A stretch of 8,162 bases of DNA from IMG/VR virus record IMGVR_UViG_2651869724_000008; one strand, 5' to 3'. Each line of letters begins with the position of its first letter. The stretch's first letter is position 1. The DNA is from a virus. Taxonomy: Duplodnaviria; Heunggongvirae; Uroviricota; Caudoviricetes. This document shows positions 1 through 7,410 of the stretch, piece by piece. Position numbers and translations under genes: made by a program. The notes beneath the pieces were generated by a model. It was not told the DNA's origin. It saw nothing but the letters and a program-made list of their open reading frames with translations, and did not search any database.

Positions 1-1467
1 AAAAAACGCCAGAAGGATTTGCAGGATGCAAAAGAGCAGGCAGAGCGGAATTATCAGGAGCAACAGAAACGACGTAATGCTGAAAATGCTGCACTGAACC
101 GGATGAATGAAACGGAAGCAGCACGACATCAGCGTGAAATTGCGCGTATTAATGCCATGCAGTACGCCGACCAGGCTGTCAGGGATGCGGCGATACAACG
201 TGAAAATGAACGTTACGAGAAAGCCCTGGCATCCGGTAAGAAAAAAACACGCGAAACCCGTAATGATGAGGCCACCCGGTTATTGCTGCAGTACAGTCAG
301 CAACAGGCACAGGTGGAAGGACAGATTGCTGCTGCAAGACAGTCAGCAGGCATTGCCACTGAAAAGATGACAGAAGCGCATAAACAGCTTCTGGCTCTGC
401 AGCAGCGCATCAGCGACCTGGACGGGAAAAAACTGACGGCAGATGAAAAGAGTGTGCTGGCCCGTAAAGATGAACTGATTCAGGCACTGACGCTGCTGGA
501 TGTAAAACAGCAGGAGCTTCAGAAACAGACGGCACTCAACGAGCTGAAGAAAAAAACAATTCAGCTGACCAGTCAACTGGCTGAAGAAGAGCGCGCTCAG
601 CGTCAGCAACATGACCTGGATATCGCCACGGTGGGTATGGGTGATCAGCAGCGACAGCGATATCAGGTACAACTGAGTCTTCGCCAGAAATACCAGCAAC
701 AGCTGGAGCAGTTGAGGCGGGATAGTGAGCAGAAAGGGACATATAACACGGATGACTACAGAAAGGCCGAGCAGGCGCTGACGGAGAGCCTGAACCGACA
801 ACTGAATGAGAATCGCCGTTACTGGCAACAGCTTGAAGTTGTGCAGGGTAACTGGAAAAACGGTGCCATGCGGGCGTTTCAGAATTTTACGGCAGATGCG
901 GATAATGCGGCAGGAACTGCTGAACAAATGTTTACATCGGCATTCAGCAGTGCGAGCGACGGGCTGGCGACATTCTGTACCACTGGCAAACTCAATTTCA
1001 AATCCTTCACCTCTTCTCTGTTGTCTGATATGGCAAAAATTATGGCACAGATGGCTATGATGCAGGCGGTAAAGGGCGTCGGTTCTTTATTCGGCATCAC
1101 GGCTAATGCTGATGGCGGTGTTTATCAGTCGGCTGATTTGAGTCGCTACAGTGGCACGGTGGTTAACCGTCCGACGTTTTTTGCTTTTGCAAAAGGCGCG
1201 GGTGTGATGGGGGAAGCAGGACCTGAAGCCATTCTGCCACTGCGTCGTGGTGCTGACGGTAAGCTGGGGGTTGTGGCGGATATTGGGGGTTCAGGTATGG
1301 CGATGTTTTCCCCGCAGTACAACATCGAGATCAATAACGATGGCACGAACGGGCAGATAGGTCCGGCTGCCCTGAAGGCGGTTTATGACCTCGGGAAAAA
1401 AGCGGCAGCGGACTTTATGCAACAGCAGGCCCGTGATGGTGGTCGGTTAAGTGGAGCATATCGGTAA
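1..1467 (+). CDS. H: Tail tape measure protein, C-terminal ~488 codons (5' end lies upstream of the window)
   Basis: Frame 1 is open from position 1 (KKRQKDLQDAKEQ...) to TAA at 1465-1467. The translation is Q/E/R/K-rich and coiled-coil-like for ~300 aa, then Gly/Ala/Met-rich, ending INNDGTNGQIGPAALKAVYD...RDGGRLSGAYR, which I recognise as the conserved C-terminal end of lambda gpH. Position immediately upstream of M with a TAATG overlap matches lambda organisation. Confidence 0.9.
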   Translation, partial: KKRQKDLQDAKEQAERNYQEQQKRRNAENAALNRMNETEAARHQREIARINAMQYADQAVRDAAIQRENERYEKALASGKKKTRETRNDEATRLLLQYSQQQAQVEGQIAAARQSAGIATEKMTEAHKQLLALQQRISDLDGKKLTADEKSVLARKDELIQALTLLDVKQQELQKQTALNELKKKTIQLTSQLAEEERAQRQQHDLDIATVGMGDQQRQRYQVQLSLRQKYQQQLEQLRRDSEQKGTYNTDDYRKAEQALTESLNRQLNENRRYWQQLEVVQGNWKNGAMRAFQNFTADADNAAGTAEQMFTSAFSSASDGLATFCTTGKLNFKSFTSSLLSDMAKIMAQMAMMQAVKGVGSLFGITANADGGVYQSADLSRYSGTVVNRPTFFAFAKGAGVMGEAGPEAILPLRRGADGKLGVVADIGGSGMAMFSPQYNIEINNDGTNGQIGPAALKAVYDLGKKAAADFMQQQARDGGRLSGAYR

Positions 1468-1796
1468 TGGAGACGTTTCACTGGAAAGTGCGCCCGGATA
1501 TGAATGTGGTATCAGAGCCGAAAGTGGTGACAGTGAAGCTGGGCGATGGTTATGAACAGCGTCGTGCGGCGGGACTGAATAACCAGTTGTCGACTTACAG
1601 CGTGACGATACGTGTTCGTAAATGTGAACACCCATCTTTAAAAGCCTTTCTGGAACGGCACGGTGGCGTCCGCGCATTTCAGTGGACGCCACCTTATGAC
1701 TGGAAGCCGATCAGGGTGGTTTGTCGTAAATGGTCGGCAAGCGTGGGGGCGCTGTGGGTAACCATAACGGCAGATTTTGAACAGGTCGTGGCATAG
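1467..1796 (+). CDS. M: Minor tail protein M (tail tip)
   Basis: 109-aa ORF (METFHWKVRPDMNVVSEPK...), the same length as lambda gpM and recognisably the same protein. Its ATG at 1467-1469 overlaps the H stop (TAATG). Stop TAG at 1794-1796. Confidence 0.93.
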   Translation: METFHWKVRPDMNVVSEPKVVTVKLGDGYEQRRAAGLNNQLSTYSVTIRVRKCEHPSLKAFLERHGGVRAFQWTPPYDWKPIRVVCRKWSASVGALWVTITADFEQVVA

Positions 1797-1805
1797 GAGG
1801 CTCTG

Positions 1806-2504
1806 ATGCAGGATATTCCACAGGAAACACATCATGAGACGACACGCCTCACTCAGTCAGCCCAGGTGGTGCTCTGGGAAATCGATCTGACAGAGGTCGG
1901 TGGTGAACGTTATTTTTTCTGTAATGAGCAGAACGAAAAAGGTGAGCCGGTTACCTGGCAGGGGCGGCAGTATCAGGCATACCCCATTCAGGGGACGGGA
2001 TTTGAACTGAACGGCAAGGGCAGTGCTGCCCGTCCGACACTGACGGTTTCTAACCTGCACGGCATGGTCACGGGGATGGCGGAAGACCTGCAGAGTCTGG
2101 TCGGCGGAACGGTGGTCAGGCGTAAGGTTTACGCCCGTTTTCTGGATGCGGTGAACTTCGTCAACGGAAACAGCGACGCCGATCCGGAGCAGGAGGTGAT
2201 CAGCCGCTGGCGCATCGAGCAGTGCAGCGAACTGAGTGCGGTCAGTGCCTCCTTTGTGTTGTCCACACCGACGGAAACGGACGGCGCTGTTTTTCCGGGG
2301 CGCATCATGCTGGCCAACACCTGCACCTGGACCTATCGCGGTGATGAGTGCGGTTATAGCGGTCCGGCTGTCGCGGATGAATATGACCAGCCGACGTCCG
2401 ATATCACGAAAGATAAATGCAGCAAATGCCTGAGTGGCTGTAAGTTTCGCAATAACGTCGGCAACTTTGGCGGCTTCCTTTCCATTAACAAACTTTCGCA
2501 GTAA
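1806..2504 (+). CDS. L: Minor tail protein L (tail tip; C-terminal Cys cluster)
   Basis: 232-aa ORF, the same length as lambda gpL. AGGAGG at 1795-1800 lies 5 nt upstream of the ATG at 1806. The C-terminal region carries clustered cysteines (C173, C182, C205, C208, C212 in CTWTYRGDECGYSGP...CSKCLSGCKF). Confidence 0.93.
   Translation: MQDIPQETHHETTRLTQSAQVVLWEIDLTEVGGERYFFCNEQNEKGEPVTWQGRQYQAYPIQGTGFELNGKGSAARPTLTVSNLHGMVTGMAEDLQSLVGGTVVRRKVYARFLDAVNFVNGNSDADPEQEVISRWRIEQCSELSAVSASFVLSTPTETDGAVFPGRIMLANTCTWTYRGDECGYSGPAVADEYDQPTSDITKDKCSKCLSGCKFRNNVGNFGGFLSINKLSQ
2322..2441 (+). other. Cysteine cluster in the C-terminus of L (putative Fe-S cluster ligands)
   Basis: Five Cys within 40 residues (C173, C182, C205, C208, C212). 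Lambda gpL-family proteins have been reported to coordinate an iron-sulfur cluster through C-terminal cysteines. Confidence 0.55.
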
Positions 2505-2509
2505 ATCCC

Positions 2510-3253
2510 ATGACAGAGACAGAATCAGCGATTCTGGCGCACGCCCGGCGATGTGCGCCAGCGGAGTCGTGTGGCTTCGTGGTGAGAACGCCGGAAGGGG
2601 AAAGATATTTTCCCTGCGTGAATATCTCCGGTGAGCCGGAGGCGTATTTCCGGATGTCGCCGGATGACTGGCTGCAGGCAACACTGCACGGTCAGATTGT
2701 GGCGCTGGTCCACAGTCACCCCGGTGGTCTGCCCTGTCTGAGTGAAGCCGACCGGCGGCTGCAGGTGCAGAGTGATTTGCCGTGGTGGCTGGTCTGCCGG
2801 GGGGCGATTCACAAGTTCCGCTGTGTGCCGCATCTCACCGGGCGGCGCTTTGAGCACGGGGTGACGGACTGTTACACACTGTTCCGGGATGCTTACCATC
2901 TGGCGGGAATTGAGATGCCTGATTTTTATCGTGAGGATGACTGGTGGCGTCACGGTCAGAATCTCTATCTGGATAATCTGGAGGCAACGGGGCTGTATCA
3001 GGTTCCGTTGTCAGCGGCGCAGCCGGGCGATGTGCTGCTGTGCTGTTTTGGTTCATCGGTGCCGAATCATGCCGCCATTTACTGTGGTGACGGCGAGCTG
3101 CTGCACCATATTCCTGAACAACTGAGCAAACGAGAGAGGTATACCGACAAATGGCAGCGACGCACACACTCCCTCTGGCGTCACCGGGCATGGCACGCAT
3201 CTGCCTTTACGGGGATTTGCAACGATTTGGCCGCCGCATCGACCTTCGTGTGA
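2510..3253 (+). CDS. K: Tail tip assembly protein K; N-terminal JAB/MPN (JAMM) metalloprotease-like domain plus C-terminal NlpC/P60-like cysteine peptidase domain
   Basis: 247-aa ORF starting 5 nt after the L stop. It contains HSHPGGLPCLSEAD (an H-x-H-x7-S-x2-D JAMM motif, aa 68-81) and a Cys...His...His arrangement (C121 in DCYTLF, H187, H199/H200) typical of NlpC/P60. The 3' end overlaps the I start by 103 nt in another frame, as I recall for lambda K/I. The classical lambda K annotation (199 aa) corresponds to the internal Met at 2654; I prefer the 2510 start (see findings). Confidence 0.88.
   Translation: MTETESAILAHARRCAPAESCGFVVRTPEGERYFPCVNISGEPEAYFRMSPDDWLQATLHGQIVALVHSHPGGLPCLSEADRRLQVQSDLPWWLVCRGAIHKFRCVPHLTGRRFEHGVTDCYTLFRDAYHLAGIEMPDFYREDDWWRHGQNLYLDNLEATGLYQVPLSAAQPGDVLLCCFGSSVPNHAAIYCGDGELLHHIPEQLSKRERYTDKWQRRTHSLWRHRAWHASAFTGICNDLAAASTFV
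2711..2752 (+). other. JAMM/MPN+ metal-binding motif (HxHx7Sx2D) within K
   Basis: Codons CAC AGT CAC ... encode HSHPGGLPCLSEAD (K residues 68-81), read directly from the sequence. Confidence 0.7.
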
Positions 3254-3792
3254 AAACGGGTGCCGAAGCCATCCGGGCGCTGGCCATGCAGATCCCGGCG
3301 TTTCGTCAGAAACTGAGCAACGGCTGGTATCAGGTACGGATTGCCGGGCGTGATGCAGGCGAAAACGAATTATCAGCCCGTCTTAATGAGCCGCTGGAAA
3401 ATGGTGCCGTGATCCACATCGTTCCGCGTCTTGCGGGAGCCAAAAGTAGCGGTGTTTTTCAGGCGGTGCTGGGTGCGGCGTTGATTGCTACGGCAATCTG
3501 GATGCCGGGGATCAGTATCGCTTTCAGTGACATTCTCTTTTCAATGGGTGCGGCGATGACGCTTGGAGGCGTTGCGCAGATGCTGGCACCGAAAGCCAGT
3601 ACCGCAACAACGACCAGCACGGATAACGGTAAGCAGAACACGTATTTCTCATCACTGGATAACATGGTTGCCCAGGGCAATGTTCTGCCTGTTCTGTACG
3701 GTGAAATGCGTGTGGGGTCACGGGTAATTTCGCAGGAAATCAGCACGGCAGACGAAGGGGATGGTGGTGAAATCGTGGTGATTGGTCGCTGA
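3151..3792 (+). CDS. I: Tail assembly protein I (ubiquitin-like N-terminal region plus hydrophobic C-terminal region)
   Basis: 213-aa ORF MAATHTLPLASPGMARICLYGDLQRFGRRIDLRVKTG..., recognisable as lambda gpI. GAGAGAGG at 3132-3139 lies 11 nt upstream of the ATG. An in-frame TGA at 3115-3117 excludes an earlier start. Stop TGA at 3790-3792. Confidence 0.9.
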   Translation: MAATHTLPLASPGMARICLYGDLQRFGRRIDLRVKTGAEAIRALAMQIPAFRQKLSNGWYQVRIAGRDAGENELSARLNEPLENGAVIHIVPRLAGAKSSGVFQAVLGAALIATAIWMPGISIAFSDILFSMGAAMTLGGVAQMLAPKASTATTTSTDNGKQNTYFSSLDNMVAQGNVLPVLYGEMRVGSRVISQEISTADEGDGGEIVVIGR

Positions 3793-3810
3793 TGCAGAAT
3801 GTTTTATGTG

Positions 3811-3840
3811 AGACCGCCTCCGGGCGGTTTTGTCGTTTAT
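3811..3840 (+). terminator. Terminator-like hairpin in the I-J intergenic region (possible attenuator or mRNA stability element)
   Basis: ACCGCC (3813-3818), loop TCCG, GGCGGT (3823-3828) form a perfect 6-bp GC-rich stem, followed by TTTGTCGTTTAT. The U-tract is interrupted, so terminator strength is uncertain. Confidence 0.35.
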
Positions 3841-3852
3841 GGAGCATGACGA

Positions 3853-6800
3853 ATGGGTAAAGGCAGCAGTAAGGGGCATACCCCGCGCGAAGCGAAGGAC
3901 AACCTGAAATCCACGCAGTTGCTGAGTGTGATCGATGCCATCAGTGAAGGGCCGGTTGAAGGTCCGGTGGATGGCTTAAAAAGCGTGCTGCTGAACAGTA
4001 CGCCGGTGCTGGACAGTGAGGGGAATACCAATATCTCCGGCGTCACGGTGGTGTTCCGGGCAGGTGAGCAGGAGCAGACACCGCCGGAGGGATTTGAATC
4101 CTCCGGCTCCGAGACGGTGCTGGGTACGGAAGTGAAGTACGACACGCCGATTACCCGGACCATCACGTCGGCAAACATCGACCGTCTGCGCCTGACCTTC
4201 GGTGTGCAGGCACTGGTGGAAACCACCTCAAAGGGGGACCGGAATCCGTCGGAAGTCCGCCTGCTGGTTCAGATACAACGTAACGGTGGCTGGGTGACGG
4301 AAAAAGACATCACCATTAAGGGCAAAACCACCTCGCAGTATCTGGCCTCGGTGGTGGTGGGTAACCTGCCGCCGCGCCCGTTTAATATCCGGATGCGCAG
4401 GATGACGCCGGACAGCACCACAGACCAGCTGCAGAACAAAACGCTCTGGTCGTCATACACCGAAATCATCGATGTGAAACAGTGCTACCCGAACACGGCA
4501 CTGGTCGGCGTGCAGGTGGACTCGGAGCAGTTCGGCAGCCAGCAGGTGAGCCGTAATTATCATCTTCGCGGACGCATTCTGCAGGTGCCGTCGAACTATA
4601 ACCCGCAGACGCGGCAATACAGCGGTATCTGGGACGGAACGTTTAAGCCAGCATACAGCAACAACATGGCCTGGTGTCTGTGGGATATGCTGACCCACCC
4701 GCGCTACGGCATGGGGAAACGTCTTGGTGCGGCGGATGTGGACAAATGGGCGTTGTATGTCATCGGCCAGTACTGTGACCAGTCAGTGCCGGACGGCTCT
4801 GGCGGCACGGAGCCGCGCATCACCTGTAATGCGTACCTGACCACACAGCGCAAGGCGTGGGATGTGCTCAGTGATTTCTGCTCGGCGATGCGCTGTATGC
4901 CGGTATGGAACGGGCAGACGCTGACGTTCGTGCAGGACCGACCATCAGATAAGGTGTGGACCTATAACCGCAGTAATGTGGTGATGCCGGATGATGGCGC
5001 GCCGTTCCGCTACAGCTTCAGCGCCCTGAAGGACCGCCATAATGCCGTTGAGGTGAACTGGATTGACCCGAACAACGGCTGGGAGACGGCGACAGAGCTT
5101 GTGGAGGATACGCAGGCCATTGCCCGTTACGGTCGTAACGTCACGAAGATGGATGCTTTTGGCTGTACCAGCCGGGGGCAGGCACACCGCGCCGGGCTGT
5201 GGCTGATTAAAACAGAACTGCTGGAAACGCAGACCGTGGACTTCAGCGTGGGCGCAGAAGGGCTTCGCCATGTGCCGGGCGATGTCATTGAAATCTGTGA
5301 TGATGACTATGCCGGTATCAGCACCGGCGGGCGCGTGCTTGCGGTGAACAGCCAGACCCGGACGCTGACGCTCGACCGTGAAATCACGCTGCCATCCTCC
5401 GGTACCACGCTGATAAGCCTGGTTGACGGAAGTGGCAATCCGGTCAGCGTGGAGGTTCAGTCCGTCACCGACGGCGTGAAGGTGAAAGTGAGCCGGGTTC
5501 CTGACGGCGTTGCCGAATACAGCGTATGGGGGCTGAAGCTGCCGACGCTGCGCCAGCGCCTGTTCCGCTGCGTGAGTATCCGTGAGAACGACGACGGCAC
5601 GTATGCCATCACCGCCGTGCAGCATGTGCCTGAAAAAGAGGCTATCGTGGATAACGGGGCGCACTTTGACGGCGACCAGAGCGGAACGGTGAATGGTGTC
5701 ACGCCGCCAGCGGTGCAGCACCTGACCGCCGAAGTCTCGGCAGACAGCGGGGAGTATCAGGTGCTGGCCCGCTGGGACACGCCGAAGGTGGTGAAGGGAG
5801 TGAGCTTTATGCTTCGCCTGGCTGTGGCAGCAGACGACGGCAGTGAGCGGCTGGTCAGCACGGCCCGGACGACGGAAACCGAATATCGTTTCAGGCAACT
5901 GGCGCCGGGGAACTACAGGCTGACAGTCCGGGCGGTAAATGCGTGGGGACAGCAGGGCGACCCGGCGTCGGTATCGTTCAGGATTACCGCACCGGCAGCG
6001 CCTGTCACTATTGAACTGATACCGGGGTATTTTCAGATAACGGCGGTCCCGAAACTGGCTGTATATGACCCGACGGTACAGTTTGAGTTCTGGTTCTCGG
6101 AAAAGCGGATTACCGATATCAGGCAGGTTGAAACCACAGCCCGCTATCTTGGTACGGCGCTGTACTGGATAGCCGCCAGTATCAATATCAAACCGGGCCA
6201 TGATTATTACTTTTATATCCGCAGTGTGAACACCGTTGGTAAATCGGCATTCGTGGAGGCTGTCGGTCAGCCGAGTGATGATGCATCAGGCTATCTGGAT
6301 TTTTTCAAAGGAGAGATAGGGAAAACCCATCTGGCTCAGGAGCTGTGGACGCAGATTGATAACGGTCAGCTTGCGCCTGACCTGGCTGAAATCAGGACGT
6401 CCATTACGGATGTCAGCAATGAAATCACACAGACCGTCAATAAGAAACTGGAAGACCAGAGTGCAGCGATCCAGCAGATACAGAAGGTTCAGGTTGATAC
6501 AAATAATAATCTGAACAGCATGTGGGCTGTGAAGCTGCAGCAGATGCAGGACGGACGCCTTTATATTGCGGGTATCGGTGCCGGTATTGAGAACACCCCC
6601 GACGGCATGCAGAGTCAGGTGCTGCTGGCGGCAGACAGGATTGCGATGATTAATCCTGCAAATGGCAACACAAAGCCGATGTTTGTTGGTCAGGGTGATC
6701 AGATATTCATGAACGACGTGTTCCTGAAGCGTCTGACGGCCCCGACCATCACCAGCGGCGGCAATCCTCCGGCATTTTCCCTGACACCGGACGGGCGGCT

Positions 6801-7350
6801 GACGGCGAAAAACGTTGATATCAGCGGTAACGTGAATGCGAACTCAGGAACGCTCAACAATGTCACGATAAGTGAGAACTGTACGATTAAGGGCATGCTG
6901 GAGGCGACCCAGGTCAGAGGGGATTTCGTTAAAGCTGTATCAAAAGCCTTCCCGAAAAAAGTCGGTACGTGGGGTAACACGGAAACGCCAGACGGGACGG
7001 TTACAGTCACCATCAGCGATGATCATAACTTTGACCGTCAGATTATTATTCCGCCCATTATTTTTAACGGTATAGCGTATACCGATCCGGGAAGTGGTAA
7101 TAATCCGGGAGGTACAAGGTACACGGGTTATGGATTTGAAGTTCGCAAAAACGGCGTATTAATCGCATCCAGAGAAACTAAAGGGGCCATTCCCGGTAGT
7201 TACAGTGCGGTTATTGATATGCCGGGTGGCAGGGGAAGCGTCACTCTGGAGTTTAAGATTTTCCAGAAAGGCAATCAGGGGGCAGGCAATATCACCGACT
7301 GTACGGTGATTGTGACCAAAAAAGCGGCTTCCGGCATCAGTATTCGTTGA
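3853..7350 (+). CDS. J: Host specificity protein J (central tail fibre / tail tip protein)
   Basis: 1165-aa ORF. The first ~800 aa ([34 protein letters not shown]...) are near-identical to my recollection of lambda gpJ. GGAG at 3841-3844 lies 8 nt upstream of the ATG. The central part contains fibronectin-III-like repeats (e.g. [33 protein letters not shown]). The C-terminal ~150 aa appear divergent from lambda J. Confidence 0.95.
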   Translation: MGKGSSKGHTPREAKDNLKSTQLLSVIDAISEGPVEGPVDGLKSVLLNSTPVLDSEGNTNISGVTVVFRAGEQEQTPPEGFESSGSETVLGTEVKYDTPITRTITSANIDRLRLTFGVQALVETTSKGDRNPSEVRLLVQIQRNGGWVTEKDITIKGKTTSQYLASVVVGNLPPRPFNIRMRRMTPDSTTDQLQNKTLWSSYTEIIDVKQCYPNTALVGVQVDSEQFGSQQVSRNYHLRGRILQVPSNYNPQTRQYSGIWDGTFKPAYSNNMAWCLWDMLTHPRYGMGKRLGAADVDKWALYVIGQYCDQSVPDGSGGTEPRITCNAYLTTQRKAWDVLSDFCSAMRCMPVWNGQTLTFVQDRPSDKVWTYNRSNVVMPDDGAPFRYSFSALKDRHNAVEVNWIDPNNGWETATELVEDTQAIARYGRNVTKMDAFGCTSRGQAHRAGLWLIKTELLETQTVDFSVGAEGLRHVPGDVIEICDDDYAGISTGGRVLAVNSQTRTLTLDREITLPSSGTTLISLVDGSGNPVSVEVQSVTDGVKVKVSRVPDGVAEYSVWGLKLPTLRQRLFRCVSIRENDDGTYAITAVQHVPEKEAIVDNGAHFDGDQSGTVNGVTPPAVQHLTAEVSADSGEYQVLARWDTPKVVKGVSFMLRLAVAADDGSERLVSTARTTETEYRFRQLAPGNYRLTVRAVNAWGQQGDPASVSFRITAPAAPVTIELIPGYFQITAVPKLAVYDPTVQFEFWFSEKRITDIRQVETTARYLGTALYWIAASINIKPGHDYYFYIRSVNTVGKSAFVEAVGQPSDDASGYLDFFKGEIGKTHLAQELWTQIDNGQLAPDLAEIRTSITDVSNEITQTVNKKLEDQSAAIQQIQKVQVDTNNNLNSMWAVKLQQMQDGRLYIAGIGAGIENTPDGMQSQVLLAADRIAMINPANGNTKPMFVGQGDQIFMNDVFLKRLTAPTITSGGNPPAFSLTPDGRLTAKNVDISGNVNANSGTLNNVTISENCTIKGMLEATQVRGDFVKAVSKAFPKKVGTWGNTETPDGTVTVTISDDHNFDRQIIIPPIIFNGIAYTDPGSGNNPGGTRYTGYGFEVRKNGVLIASRETKGAIPGSYSAVIDMPGGRGSVTLEFKIFQKGNQGAGNITDCTVIVTKKAASGISIR

Positions 7351-7368
7351 AATTGTTATAACCCATAT

Positions 7369-7399
7369 AAGGGCACCAGAAATGGTGCCTTTTTTATTT
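7369..7399 (+). terminator. Rho-independent terminator-like hairpin immediately downstream of J
   Basis: AAGGGCACC (7369-7377), loop AGAAAT, GGTGCCTTT (7384-7392) give a stem of up to 9 bp with one G-U pair, immediately followed by a T-run (TTTTTTATTT, 7390-7399). It sits 19 nt after the J stop and 12 nt before the stf ATG. Confidence 0.55.
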
Positions 7400-7410
7400 G
7401 TGGAGTGAGT

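Noticed and set aside
241-556. Homopolymeric A runs within H (A7 at 241-247, A6 at 427-432, A7 at 550-556) as possible slippage or phase-variation sites
   Set aside because: They encode Lys-rich stretches of the coiled-coil region and are in frame. There is no evidence of an alternative frame with coding potential downstream of them. Most likely incidental.
343-927. 194-aa minus-strand ORF and 87-aa frame-2 ORF (107-370) inside the tape measure gene
   Set aside because: Both are nested within or antisense to H. The translations are Leu/Cys/Arg-rich with no motif, and look like products of the codon bias of the real frame.
1857-2684. 275-aa minus-strand ORF overlapping L and the start of K
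   Set aside because: Same reasoning: it lies antisense to two well-supported genes, has an Arg/Ala/Pro-rich low-complexity translation, and no recognisable motifs.
2654-3253. Internal ATG at 2654 as the K start (199-aa product, as in the classical lambda annotation)
   Set aside because: The frame is open from 2510, only 5 nt after the L stop. The upstream 48 codons encode what appears to be the N-terminal part of the JAB/MPN domain. I cannot exclude that both starts are used.
3846-3860. Tiny ORF ATG-ACG-AAT-GGG-TAA overlapping the J start
   Set aside because: Only 4 codons, and it overlaps the J Shine-Dalgarno/start region. An upstream-ORF regulatory role cannot be excluded, but there is no supporting signal.
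4945-6201. 418-aa ORF on the minus strand, entirely inside J
   Set aside because: The translation is Arg/Pro/Gly-rich and low-complexity, with no recognisable domain. The + strand here encodes a strongly recognisable J protein. Long antisense ORFs are expected by chance opposite GC-rich coding sequence. No upstream ribosome-binding site was identified.
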